DNA of 61,138 nt, the filler included, from Candidatus Tectimicrobiota bacterium (lineage in GTDB: Bacteria > JACPSX01), in assembly GCA_016193065.1 (NCBI GenBank). It is 5 parts of 5 records of this genome, joined end to end, with 100 filler letters (N's around TTAATTAATTAA, not from the genome) between each part and the next. Parts side by side here need not be neighbours in the genome. Positions count along the whole stretch, not along the records: positions 1 to 22,428 come from JACPSX010000264.1; 4 more parts are not named here. One strand, written 5' to 3'. The notes under the pieces are model-generated. The model was not told the DNA's origin. It was given only the letters and a program-made list of their open reading frames with translations, and ran no database searches. This document shows, in pieces, positions 9,526 to 19,020 of this stretch. How positions within the stretch are numbered: the first letter of the stretch is position 1; each line of letters opens with the position of its first letter. The position numbers and the translations under genes were made by a program.

Positions 9526-11031
9526 CTACTTTTTCTTTCCCATCTCGTTGAGCAGGAAGCGGGTCAGGAGCCGGACTCCAACTCCCGTAGAACCCTTCCC
9601 CATCCAGCCGTTTCCCGTCTCATTCCAGGCCGTGCCGGCGATGTCCAGGTGGACCCAGGGGACGTCCCCGACAAACTTGCCGAGAAATGCCGCCCCCGCA
9701 ATCGTCCCGGCCTTGCCGTCGCCCACGTTCTTCACGTCGGCGATGGAGCTCTTGATCGCCTCGTAGTACTCCTTCCAGAGCGGCAGTTCCCAGACCCGCT
9801 CCCCGGACTCCTCCCCGGCCCGGCGGATCTTCCCCTTGAGGGCGTCGTTGTTGCCCAGCATCCCGGTGGCGTGGCTCCCCAGAGCCACCACGACGGCTCC
9901 CGTCAGGGTGGCCATGTCGATGATCCCGTCGGGTTTGTAGCGCTGGACGTAGGCCAGGGCGTCGGCCAGGATCAAGCGCCCCTCGGCGTCCGTGTTGATG
10001 ATCTCGACCGTCTTCCCGGAGAGGGAGCGCACCACGTCCCCGGGCTTCACGGCCGCGCCGCTAGGGAGGTTCTCCGTGGCCGGGGCAAGAAAGATCAGGT
10101 GGAAGGGGAGCTTCAGGCGGGCGGCGACCCGGGCCAAGCCCATGGTGGCAGCCGCACCTGACATGTCGTATTTCATCTCCTCCATGGACTTGCTGGGCTT
10201 GATGGAGATCCCCCCGCTGTCAAACGTGATCCCCTTGCCCACGACGGCGTAGCGACCGCGGATCCGGCCTGAGGGCTTGTACTCCAGGATGATGAACTTG
10301 GGGGGCTGCTGAGAGCCCTGGGCCACAGCGAGCAGGGCCCCCATGCCGAGCTTCTCCATTTCCGCCCGATCGAGGATTCGGCAGTCCAGCCTCTCCTCCT
10401 TGGCGAGCTTGCGGGCTTCCTGGGCCAGGAACGTGGGGGTGGCCTTGTTGCCTGGATAGTTGGCCAGGGTGCGCGTCCAGTTCACCGCCTCCGAGATCGT
10501 CTCTCCCCGACGGGCCCCCCGTTGGGCCGCGGCGAGATCCTGGGACCTCTCGACCAGAAACTTCACCTCCTGCACGTCCTTGATCTTGTCCAGCTCCTCC
10601 GTCCTGTACTCCGTGAGCTGGTAGTTCGACAGCAGCGCCCCCTCCACGAGCGCCCAGAGCTTCTCGTCCAGAGGGAGATCCCTCCGGCTGGTCCCCGGAA
10701 CCGCGAGAGTAAAGCTCTTCACCCCGATATCCTTGGCCCGCCGCACGGCTGCGGCCGATCCCGCCCGCAGCTTTTCGCGGTCCAGCTCGCGCATCTTCCC
10801 GAGTCCTACGAGAAGGACGCGCTCAGCGCCCACGCCCCCTTGCGGGTAGAGGAGAAGCGTCTGCTTGGACTCCCCCTTGAAGTCCCCTTTCTCGCGCACC
10901 TTGCGGAGGAACCCCTGCAGGGCCTTGTCCAGGCGGTTTTCCACGGCGGGAAGCCGCTCCTCGAAAAGGTTCACCACCAGCAGTTCCGTCTTCTCCTGCT
11001 CCAACGCGCCGGCCTTCACGGATATCTTCAT
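9526..11031 (-). CDS. pepA: Leucyl aminopeptidase (M17)
   Basis: VGKGITFDSGGISIKP, MKYDMSGAA, NTDAEGRL, HLDIAG motifs. Confidence 0.96.
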   Translation of the reverse strand: MKISVKAGALEQEKTELLVVNLFEERLPAVENRLDKALQGFLRKVREKGDFKGESKQTLLLYPQGGVGAERVLLVGLGKMRELDREKLRAGSAAAVRRAKDIGVKSFTLAVPGTSRRDLPLDEKLWALVEGALLSNYQLTEYRTEELDKIKDVQEVKFLVERSQDLAAAQRGARRGETISEAVNWTRTLANYPGNKATPTFLAQEARKLAKEERLDCRILDRAEMEKLGMGALLAVAQGSQQPPKFIILEYKPSGRIRGRYAVVGKGITFDSGGISIKPSKSMEEMKYDMSGAAATMGLARVAARLKLPFHLIFLAPATENLPSGAAVKPGDVVRSLSGKTVEIINTDAEGRLILADALAYVQRYKPDGIIDMATLTGAVVVALGSHATGMLGNNDALKGKIRRAGEESGERVWELPLWKEYYEAIKSSIADVKNVGDGKAGTIAGAAFLGKFVGDVPWVHLDIAGTAWNETGNGWMGKGSTGVGVRLLTRFLLNEMGKKK

Positions 11032-11265
11032 GGAAATCTCCTCATCACTCTTATGAATTGCAGATCAGGAACTTACGGAATGCTAACTATACCAGAGGCG
11101 GGCCCAATTGCCTAGCTTGCAGAATACCCCCGGTTCCTGCCGAGCCTCTCTAAGACAAGCAACTTGGCTTTCTTTTGACCAACCTTCACCACCCCCTCTC
11201 TTCGTGCCAAGAAGTACGACGAGGCGCGAGATATCTGGCAAGCCCGAGTGGATGGCGATTACTGC

Positions 11266-11913
11266 TTACAGGGCCTTGCCGATAACGTCCAGATCATCCA
11301 ATTTTGACTTGATGCTCAAGAAGTCGTCCTCAATCTGTTGTAACCCAGACTGTAGTTCTGCGATCGCTGTAGTCGTGCTCTTTTTCTGTCGTCGGTTGAT
11401 ATCATCCATGAACCGGTTTACCAAGCGAAGAAACTCTTTCATCTCCTCCACCAAGTCATTATCGTTAACTAGCCACTCCGCACAGAGACCCTTGAGACGG
11501 GCATATGATTTCCTGAGAAGGGGCAGATTGCCCATCCAGCCTTTACGCTTCTGCAAGAAGAGCATCTTGTCCCTCACGACATGGCAGTGCGTCCGAACCA
11601 AACCATCCGTTTTGAGAAACACTTTTTTATAGGCGGCGCGGGTTTCGGGAAAATGCTTGGTAAACTTTTGGGGCGTGTTCATCTGGTAGAGGGGGCCGAT
11701 CGTATCCACAACCGTGTCGTAGCTCTTCCGCACTTCGGCAATCATCTCCTTAAGAGCATGCCTCACGTCTTGATGTTGCACGGCCCCGGACAAGGTCTTC
11801 ACGATCGTCACGAACTCCCCCAGCTTGACCTTCAGTTTCGCGAGGCCTAGGCTGAGCTCGATTTCGGGACTCAGTCTTTCCCAACCGAGTTCGTCGGTAT
11901 TCGCAAGGGTCAT
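11266..11913 (-). CDS. Hypothetical alpha-helical protein
   Basis: 215-aa ORF with GGAGG RBS; amphipathic helical composition; last gene of the minus-strand unknown cluster. Confidence 0.7.
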   Translation of the reverse strand: MTLANTDELGWERLSPEIELSLGLAKLKVKLGEFVTIVKTLSGAVQHQDVRHALKEMIAEVRKSYDTVVDTIGPLYQMNTPQKFTKHFPETRAAYKKVFLKTDGLVRTHCHVVRDKMLFLQKRKGWMGNLPLLRKSYARLKGLCAEWLVNDNDLVEEMKEFLRLVNRFMDDINRRQKKSTTTAIAELQSGLQQIEDDFLSIKSKLDDLDVIGKAL

Positions 11914-12415
11914 TTTGACCTCCTAGAGCGAGCGCCTCCTGGGCGTCCTCTGCGCTCCCGCTGATGTTAATCTGCCCGTTGCCGAAGCTGTCCGCAATGG
12001 ACGTCAGCGTCACACCGCTCACGCTCACGCCGCCTGAACCGCCGCAACTCGGCGGCAGGCCGTTGGGGCTCACGCCGAGAGCCGCCGCAACAGCCGGACA
12101 GAAGGCAAGCGAATGGAACGTTCCCGGCGAGATCGAGATCGCCAGGTCGCGCCCGGAGGCGATCGCGGTCGAAGTCTTGTTGACGTGATTGCCGTTGTTC
12201 TGCGTCGACGCCAGAAGGTTGCCGAAGAGCCCCAGCGCCTGCTTGCTGCGGTCGCTGTTGCCGATGCAGTGCACTTGGAGGCTGCTGAACTGCAGCGGCG
12301 AGAACGATCCGTTCGTCCCCGGCACGCCGCCGATCTGCATGTTCTTCTTGATCAGCTTCAAAATAGTGGGATTGGAGATTTCGGTGACCAGATCGAATCC
12401 TGCTAGCAAGCTCAT
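11750..12415 (-). CDS. Hypothetical Ser/Gly/Asn-rich protein, probably truncated or frameshifted near 11940
   Basis: AAGGAGG RBS and ATGA overlap with upstream frame; the 3' part overlaps the next gene by 164 bp and loses protein-like character. Confidence 0.55.
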   Translation of the reverse strand: MSLLAGFDLVTEISNPTILKLIKKNMQIGGVPGTNGSFSPLQFSSLQVHCIGNSDRSKQALGLFGNLLASTQNNGNHVNKTSTAIASGRDLAISISPGTFHSLAFCPAVAAALGVSPNGLPPSCGGSGGVSVSGVTLTSIADSFGNGQINISGSAEDAQEALALGGQNDPCEYRRTRLGKTESRNRAQPRPRETEGQAGGVRDDREDLVRGRATSRREACS

Positions 12416-13017
12416 GCTGACCTCCTTGCAAACAGACCCTTCAGGTGGATCCGGTAGTTCTGAGGCGATTTGCTCGCTTTTAACGCCCTATAGGGCACGG
12501 CCGACAGGCCGGCCAACCGCGGCTCCGTAGCCAGGATCTCGGTCTTTGCCTTCTCCTACAGTTCCACACCGATGTCTTCAAACAGCAAGAACGGATGGAT
12601 CAGGAACAGGTTGCCTCCGTTCGGCACGGCCCGAATCCGCCGGAGAATCTCTTGCTCGTGCTTGAGCAGCTCGGCGTACGAGCCGATCGACAGACGGTTC
12701 ACGGTTGACTCCTCCCGGTCTGGCTGCAAGTCAAGAGCCAGACGCGCAGACAGCCGCCCGCGGCCGGACGACCGCCAACTCTGCTCGGCCACGTCCAGTG
12801 CCTCGTCACCCCGAAACACATGAAACGTCAGTTGCGACGTCGGCCGTCCGCTCGGTAGCCCCTGTGGAATCTCGATCTTCTGAACGAACTCGCCGCGAGC
12901 GCTGGTTATCGCGGTGGCGACATGAGATGAGCCGCAGTGGATGTCGACACGCAGAGCCTCGAGCTCTCGCTCGTTGGACGCGTCAACCACTACGCCTGTC
13001 AAGAGTAATGTGGACAT
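12412..13017 (-). pseudogene. Hypothetical protein interrupted by a single in-frame TAG at 12556-12558
   Basis: After ...EDIGVEL-TAG the frame stays open for 47 codons (EKAKTEILATEPRLAGLSAVPYRALK...LFARRSA) and ends in a TGA overlapping the next ATG. Confidence 0.7.
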
Positions 13018-13068
13018 GACGAACCTCCTCTAAGTCTTCAGTTGCAGGCGTCCCCGGTGACGCGTGGT

Positions 13069-13344
13069 TTAGAGACTGCTCACCTGTCTCAAGTGGGGCA
13101 CAGCAGCCAGTGAAGGCCTGTCTCTTAGGTCCACTGCGACTCTGGCGGCATGCCCGTCGAAGCGATACCGTTTGCCCGTGATCGGCCCCAGCACGGTTAA
13201 TCCCGTCTTGCCGAGGTACTCGAAATAAACGACGGCATAGCGCGTCGGCCGGGGTTGTGGAGAGGCACCTGGAGCGGGCTCAAAAGCCCGGCCCGTCTGA
13301 ACGATGCCGTGGAACTGTCCCCTTTGCTTGCCGCAACAGGACAT
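13069..13344 (-). CDS. Small hypothetical protein with N-terminal MSCCG
   Basis: AAGGAGG RBS before MSCCGKQR; protein-like core YFEYLGKTGLTVLGPITGKRYRF...VDLRD; abuts upstream gene. Confidence 0.75.
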   Translation of the reverse strand: MSCCGKQRGQFHGIVQTGRAFEPAPGASPQPRPTRYAVVYFEYLGKTGLTVLGPITGKRYRFDGHAARVAVDLRDRPSLAAVPHLRQVSSL

Positions 13345-13345
13345 C

Positions 13346-13666
13346 TCAGTCCTCCTTATCTTCAATGTATGCGGCCGGCGGTGCGCCGTGCTCGCGGTTC
13401 GTGACGCGCTCCAGCAAAATCGCTCCCGCCGACAACGCCGGCCACAACAGGAGCCGCTCCATCCACCCGTCTCCGAGGAGATAAGCGAAGGGAGCGGCGA
13501 TCCAAAGGCTCAAGCAATAAAAGCAATCGAGCAGGCTTCCCCAGAATCCCGCTCCTAGTCTCTGGCGCAAGCGGACCAGGAGATCCCACGGTCCGTCTTC
13601 CGCCTGGAGGAGATGGGTGATGCGCCAGACGCAGAGGATCCCGAGCCCAAGCCAATAAAAACGCAT
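13346..13666 (-). CDS. DUF1360-like small membrane protein
   Basis: WRITHLL..EDGP..L..LR...LLDCFYCLSLW pattern with hydrophobic helices. Confidence 0.75.
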   Translation of the reverse strand: MRFYWLGLGILCVWRITHLLQAEDGPWDLLVRLRQRLGAGFWGSLLDCFYCLSLWIAAPFAYLLGDGWMERLLLWPALSAGAILLERVTNREHGAPPAAYIEDKED

Positions 13667-13718
13667 CGCCGATCACCAGTGGGCGCGAAGCGCGGCTCCC
13701 GGCGGCGCGCCCTCCGCC

Positions 13719-13753
13719 GCTGGGTCTGCCGCCTCGTGGACGGCAGACCCAGC
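13719..13753. other. Perfect 13-bp intergenic stem-loop inside the operon
   Basis: GCTGGGTCTGCCG-CCTCGTGGA-CGGCAGACCCAGC; no U-tract on the minus strand. Confidence 0.7.
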
Positions 13754-13760
13754 AGAAAGC

Positions 13761-15932
13761 TCAGAAGGTCACCCCAAAGGTGAACTCGCTGAGATTGTTG
13801 TGGGAAAAGTCATAGTTGCAGCCGGCAATCGTGCGCTTATAGGCGCGCAGTTCCAACTGATAGCAGCAAGGTTCCGGGAACGCCGTGTTGACGGGAACGC
13901 TCAAGTGCAGCATGCCTCCGGCCCAGGTCGGAGCCGCAGCGCCCTGAGCTAATGCGGCGCCATACGTGGGGCCTTTCTGCAGCGCCGCCGGCGCGGGTCC
14001 CGCCGCTCCAACCGAGAGCGTCCCCACGGCCAAGAGGTTCACGAACAGGTTCTCGCCGTAGGTGGCAATCAGCGTGTAGTACGCCAGGTGTCCATCCGGG
14101 TCATAGGTCATGAAGTCGATTTCCAGGTTACCCCCTTTCTTGACATCCACATTGGTGCACGCCCCGACAGGGGTCACCGCGCCGTCTCCATCGATGACTT
14201 TGACGGCGGTGAAGTCGGTATCGGGCTCCAGGGTGCAGAGGTGGACAGTGCCCGGTCCGCACGGGTGGTCGGGGACGCTGGGCGGATGACCACTGGCCGG
14301 ACCAACCACACGATTGTCAATGGTCAGCACGAGGTAGTTGTCTTTGTCTGTATCGCACAAGGGGAGTATGCGCGAATTGACCAGGTTGCCCGCCGCGAGG
14401 TCCCAGCCCCGCAAGCGCAGGTAATACGTCCCATTCGCGAAGTTGTTCTCCGTGAGCCATACCATCAGGAGGTCCCTGTTGGAGATCCAGAAGCGGGTCA
14501 TTCCCCAGCTCCCGGGGTCGTTGTTCGCCTCGAAGTGCTCGCGGCTTTGGACGACGTTTCGTCCACTGATAAACGCAAAGGAGAAGGGGACAGAATGGAA
14601 ACCAACCGGACCTGCGGGCAATTGAGGCCCCCAGAAAGACCGCGCGAAGCCCCCGCTGGCCGGCGGCGGCATCGGGTTCCACGGCCCGGCGGCGGTCGGG
14701 GCCCACTCAAACTCGTAATAGTCCACCCCCGCTGTGTCCCCGAACACGCCGGAAATGGGTACCGCACCCGCGTACGGCCGGTCGCCGTGGCTCGCGGCAA
14801 CTCCGGGATTCGCGTAACCTGCCGGGGTCGCCGGTGCCCCGGGATTCCCACCGATATTGTTGACCTGATTGCTGCAGGCGTGGGAAATCACGATGCAGTT
14901 GCCTTCCGGGCAATCTTTGGGATCGTGGCAGATGGGGATGCAGCAGGCCCTCTCGTTGGCGATCAACGTCACGGTGAGGTCAGTCGGTATATCCCAGCGC
15001 ACGTCTGCAAAGCCCTCGTCCACGATCACAGTTCCTGGCTGAGGGCAGTCCTGCGTCACCCGGAAGACGATGTCCGGGGTGCAGTCCCACCACGGCGACC
15101 AGGGCCACCAGGGCCAGATGCGCAACTGCTCGAGTTCCGGCACGCGCGGTAACCGCTTTAACAGCCGGTCACGCAGGCTGGGCAGTACAGCCGGATCGAC
15201 GGTGGTCGATGCCGGCCGCGTGAGGACCCCTTCTTCGGCAAGCAACTGCTCGAAGATGGCGAGGGTGGGCGCGGGGCTTGGGGTTGGAAGCTTGGGGAGC
15301 TTCGGATCACGCTGCAGGACGGGTACGATCCGCTCGGCCAGGATCGGCTCGAGCCGCCAGACTCGATACTTCCACCACCACCAAGGCCACCAGCCGCAGC
15401 ACCAGCGGAACTTGATCTCAAAGGCGCCCGTCGCATCCGACGTGTCACAGCCCACTTGTTGGTTGCTGCTCCACCACCACCACCAGTCCACATCATAGGC
15501 GCAAACCTTGGCGCCGGGAACCGGGCTGCCGTCCGGACACAGGATGCGGCCGCGGATGGTAAAGGTTCGGCACCACCGCAACCACCAATACCAATAGTAT
15601 GGGTGGATCTGGATGGGCGGGAGCTTAAGTTCCCGCCGGTCCGCCCACTGCCGGGCCGACAGCTCGACGTTGATCGTCTGCATGCCCAGCAGCTCTTCAT
15701 CCGACGCATTTTCCGGGCCTACTAAAATACGCAATGCGCCAGGATTTGCGAAGAAGGTGAAGGTAGCGATACCCTGCCCCTTCGCGTCGAGCTTGACCGT
15801 CTGTGAAGAAACAGACCATTTGCGATTTTGGACGGCGACCTTAACTGACTGGTCAGGTTTGAAATCCCAGATACCGGATGCGTCTAAAGGTATCTCAAGC
15901 CTGTAGGTGTCGTGGTCTTCTCTTGCAGTCAT
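13761..15932 (-). CDS. Large Trp/Cys-rich hypothetical protein with a carboxypeptidase-regulatory-like beta-sandwich segment
   Basis: 723 aa; AGGAGG RBS; IRGRILCPDGSPVPGAKVCAYDVD...TSDATGAFEIKF; Trp runs such as DWWWWWSS and RWCCGWWPWWWWKY. Confidence 0.85.
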   Translation of the reverse strand: MTAREDHDTYRLEIPLDASGIWDFKPDQSVKVAVQNRKWSVSSQTVKLDAKGQGIATFTFFANPGALRILVGPENASDEELLGMQTINVELSARQWADRRELKLPPIQIHPYYWYWWLRWCRTFTIRGRILCPDGSPVPGAKVCAYDVDWWWWWSSNQQVGCDTSDATGAFEIKFRWCCGWWPWWWWKYRVWRLEPILAERIVPVLQRDPKLPKLPTPSPAPTLAIFEQLLAEEGVLTRPASTTVDPAVLPSLRDRLLKRLPRVPELEQLRIWPWWPWSPWWDCTPDIVFRVTQDCPQPGTVIVDEGFADVRWDIPTDLTVTLIANERACCIPICHDPKDCPEGNCIVISHACSNQVNNIGGNPGAPATPAGYANPGVAASHGDRPYAGAVPISGVFGDTAGVDYYEFEWAPTAAGPWNPMPPPASGGFARSFWGPQLPAGPVGFHSVPFSFAFISGRNVVQSREHFEANNDPGSWGMTRFWISNRDLLMVWLTENNFANGTYYLRLRGWDLAAGNLVNSRILPLCDTDKDNYLVLTIDNRVVGPASGHPPSVPDHPCGPGTVHLCTLEPDTDFTAVKVIDGDGAVTPVGACTNVDVKKGGNLEIDFMTYDPDGHLAYYTLIATYGENLFVNLLAVGTLSVGAAGPAPAALQKGPTYGAALAQGAAAPTWAGGMLHLSVPVNTAFPEPCCYQLELRAYKRTIAGCNYDFSHNNLSEFTFGVTF

Positions 15933-16039
15933 ACCCCCCTCCTTTCAATAACAACCGTTGATACCGCTAACCGTACTCCTTTCCCCTCACCTGAGCCGGC
16001 TTCCTTGATTGAAACCCTTATCCTTTCACCGCGACCGTC

Positions 16040-16177
16040 AAGGTTCAGCGCCTGGTTCCGTGTCGAAGCGCTCAGCCTGCCTTCGACCGCAAGCGACCAG
16101 AAGAGGCTGTCGTGTTGGGCGCGGATCGTCTGTTGTACCCTGTCCAGGAGCCTCGCTTTCGGCGAGCTCTCAGGCAT
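16040..16177 (-). pseudogene. Integron integrase (IntI-like) N-terminal remnant
   Basis: PKARLLDRVQQTIRAQH joined to LAVEGRLSASTRNQAL, two hallmark segments of the IntI N-terminal domain; the intervening segment and catalytic domain are absent. Confidence 0.7.
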
Positions 16178-16621
16178 GGAATGACCTCCGGCGGCCGCCA
16201 GACTCCACTCAGGGGCGATTCATTCTTGTACAGGATTAGCCTATTCCGCTTAGGATGCTCCGCGGAAGTTATCCACTGCCATCCATGAGAGAGGACATCG
16301 CGATCCATGCTCCGTCCCCAAGCGATGAGGCTATGGACAGGAAGAGAAACTGTTTACTGCTGATGGAAAAAGGGTAGCTCCCGATCCTGACTTGCGCAAG
16401 GGACTTTTTCGCCCTCCAGGACGCCCCCCAGGCATTCGGCTGGAGCGCCACGAGGGCACACCTCCCAGGGGAAGGGGGTATGTTCGGCGATTCCTTACGG
16501 GGATGGGAAATCGGAAAACAGGGGCGATTCAGAATTGAGGCCGCCGATTTCGAGACCGTCTTCGGAATAAGAGAACCTCGATTTCGCGTGGGCCGAAGGG
16601 GAGCAAATCGCGGCGGCCGAC

Positions 16622-17776
16622 TCACCGCCAGAGCTGCTCCGTGGCCAGCCGTGCGCCCTCCGCCATGGCCTGGAATTTGGCCCACACCACGGTCGGGTGG
16701 ACTTCCGGGTGATAGGTGGCCTGGGAAGAGAAGCCGCAGTCGCTCCCGGCGATCACGTTGTCCCGGCCCACCAGCTTGGCATACCGAGTGAGGCGCTCAG
16801 CGATGAGCTCGGGGTGTTCGACGATGTTGCTCGCGTGAGTGATCACTCCGGGGATGAGCACCTTGCCCTCGGGCAGCTTCACGGTTTCCCAGACGTGGTA
16901 CTCGTGCTCGTGACGCGGGTTCGCGGCCTCAAACGAGTAGGCGCCGGCATTCACCTTCAACATGACGTCCAAGATGTCCCTCAGCGGCGCGTCGTGGACC
17001 CGCGGCCCTTCATTAATCCCGTAGCACGTGTGGAAGCGCACCTTCTCCGGGGGGATCCCCCGCAGGCCGTGGTTGAGCGCCTCCGCATACATCTCGGCCG
17101 TCTTCCGCCGCTCGGCGGCGCTCTCTCGCGAATAACTGTACACATCCGTGAGGAAAGGGTCGTCCACCTGCACGAGGAAGCCCGCATCCACGATCGCCTG
17201 GTACTCCGTGTGCATGGCCTCCGCCAGCGCGTGCAGGTATTCCTCTTCGGTTCCGTAGTACTCGTTCCGGCCCACGCCGCTCGGCGCCACGGCGGGCATA
17301 AAGACGTCCTCGGCTCTCACCCCCTCCAGGGCGGCTTTGAGGTTGTCGATGTCTCGGCGCACGGCCTCTTGTCCCCGATAGCTGACGGGCCCGGTGCACA
17401 CCAGCGGGACCACAGGGGCGATGGAACCCCCAAGCATGGCCTGGCTGAAGTACTGCTGGTAGTACTCCGGGAAGGCCTCCACTTCCGCTGCAAAGATCGC
17501 CAAGCGAGCGCCGGGCTTCGGTTCAAAACCGCTAAGCCGCTCGCTCACGTACGTAAAGAAGCCAGGCTTTCCCTGCTCGCCGTCCGTCACAATGTCCATG
17601 CCGCTCTCGACCTGCTTGCGGACAATCTCAGCGACGGCGCTCCGCACCCGCCTGGTATAGGCATCGTGGTCGTAAGGCTCGCCGTTGACTTTCGCCTTCA
17701 TCATGTCGAGCAGGTCCTTGGGGCGCGGCAAGCTGCCGCAGTGGGTGGTCAGAATGCGATCGGTACTCCGCTTCAT
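16622..17776 (-). CDS. Cobalamin-independent methionine synthase II family protein
   Basis: ILTTHCGSLPRP, TDGE, HTCYG, EAANPRHEHE, GSDCGF Zn-ligand motifs. Confidence 0.92.
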   Translation of the reverse strand: MKRSTDRILTTHCGSLPRPKDLLDMMKAKVNGEPYDHDAYTRRVRSAVAEIVRKQVESGMDIVTDGEQGKPGFFTYVSERLSGFEPKPGARLAIFAAEVEAFPEYYQQYFSQAMLGGSIAPVVPLVCTGPVSYRGQEAVRRDIDNLKAALEGVRAEDVFMPAVAPSGVGRNEYYGTEEEYLHALAEAMHTEYQAIVDAGFLVQVDDPFLTDVYSYSRESAAERRKTAEMYAEALNHGLRGIPPEKVRFHTCYGINEGPRVHDAPLRDILDVMLKVNAGAYSFEAANPRHEHEYHVWETVKLPEGKVLIPGVITHASNIVEHPELIAERLTRYAKLVGRDNVIAGSDCGFSSQATYHPEVHPTVVWAKFQAMAEGARLATEQLWR

Positions 17777-17893
17777 GTTCCTTTGACCCTCCTTGCCGGT
17801 TTTCCTCGAGCATCGGCGACTCTTTTGCACAGGACTTTGGACTCTGGGCAATCACGTCCGTCATACTGTCCGTAAAAGGGACGCGGACTAAAA

Positions 17894-18052
17894 GGGGGAC
17901 TTGTTTCCGGGTGGACGACCTTCGTCCTCTCGCTACCCCGTCCCATCCCGTGAGGCAGGGTCCCGGGGGGATCCAAACTCGACTGTCTGGGCATGCCCTC
18001 TCATTACCCCAAGGAAGTGAACCCGTAAAGCTCATTCCGAAGCAACGTCCCC
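17894..18052 (-). mobile_element. Miniature RAYT (Y1 transposase)-derived element, copy A
   Basis: Encodes MPRQSSLDPPGTLPHGMGRGSERTKV (RAYT-like N-terminus); ends GGGGAC.. and ..CAACGTCCCC; close sequence match to 22028-22162. Confidence 0.7.
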
Positions 18053-18132
18053 TATCCCATTCTTTGTTGAGCGACTCCGCGAACACTGCGGACTCTGACG
18101 CCCACGCCATTTGAACACCTTGTGCGCCCTGG

Positions 18133-18489
18133 CTATTCAATTTCCCGGGGTTCGAGAATTAAGTGGAGGCCTTCCAGAATTTGATGCACGCGCTTCTTGG
18201 ATAGCACCCCAATGTATTCACCCAGCTCGCCCTTATCCACGGTGAAAATTTGCGAGACGGCCACGACACTCTGCTTGGGGAGGCCAGCCTCTCCCGGATC
18301 AAGGAGCACATTACCCGGAGCCGCCGCGCGCCTGAGGTTCGAAGTGAGCGCACACACTACTACAGTGTTGATGCGACTCCGATTGAAGACATTATTCTGA
18401 ACAACCACATGCGGATGCCGATAGCCGGGGCCGGAGCCATCAGGTTCGTCCAGGTCAATCCAGAAAACATCGCCTTGATTGATTACCAT
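18133..18489 (-). CDS. PemK/MazF-family toxin
   Basis: QGDVFWIDL..GSGPGYRHPHVVVQNN..N.S.I.TVVVCALTSN, SQIFTVDK. Confidence 0.92.
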   Translation of the reverse strand: MVINQGDVFWIDLDEPDGSGPGYRHPHVVVQNNVFNRSRINTVVVCALTSNLRRAAAPGNVLLDPGEAGLPKQSVVAVSQIFTVDKGELGEYIGVLSKKRVHQILEGLHLILEPREIE

Positions 18490-18737
18490 TCGCCTTCCAC
18501 CACTTCGCGATGGAGGCGGCGCATCTTGCGCAGGCGCTTTTGCTCCGTGGGGTCGGGCGCGTCTTGATAAGCTTGGTTGATTTTCTCGAGAAGTTGCCGA
18601 TGTTGATGGCGCTGCATGAAGTCCTGCAGTGCCAGCGCAAAAAGGCGGCTGCGCGAGACCTTCATTTTGCGGGCCAGGGCTTCCGCTTGCTCAAAGAGCG
18701 ACTTTTGGAGAGAAATTGCAGTTTTGACATTCGCCAT
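18483..18737 (-). CDS. Ribbon-helix-helix antitoxin of the MazF-like toxin
   Basis: VKTAISL..LFEQAEALARKMKVSRSRLF; overlaps the toxin start. Confidence 0.85.
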   Translation of the reverse strand: MANVKTAISLQKSLFEQAEALARKMKVSRSRLFALALQDFMQRHQHRQLLEKINQAYQDAPDPTEQKRLRKMRRLHREVVEGEW

Positions 18738-18740
18738 TTG

Positions 18741-18771
18741 GTTATACCTTTCTATGCAGCCCGAGTATAAC
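18741..18771. promoter_or_regulatory. Putative TA autoregulatory operator
   Basis: Inverted repeat GTTATAC...GTATAAC immediately upstream of the antitoxin start. Confidence 0.5.
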
Positions 18772-18905
18772 CTCGCGTTGTACTAGAGTCAATACCAAAT
18801 ATGCGGATCAGCTTATGGACAACTGCGCTGAAGGTGCGCGGTCTATCCTGCAAGCTCAGAGGCAAGGGTCCAAGCTCTGGCAACGCGGTGTAAGGTCTCA
18901 AGGCT

Positions 18906-19003
18906 AGGGTCCCGGGGGCATCCAATCTCGACCGCCTGGGCAGGCCCTCTCATTACCCAAGGGAAGTGAACCGGTCAAGTTCACTCAGAATCAAAAACCA
19001 ACG
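18906..19003 (-). mobile_element. RAYT-derived repeat, copy B (shorter)
   Basis: AGGGTCCCGGGGGCATCCAATCTCGAC...CTCTCATTACCC..GGAAGTGAA matches copies A and C; translates LPRRSRLDAPGTL. Confidence 0.7.
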
Positions 19004-19020
19004 CGTTTGGCAAGAGACCG

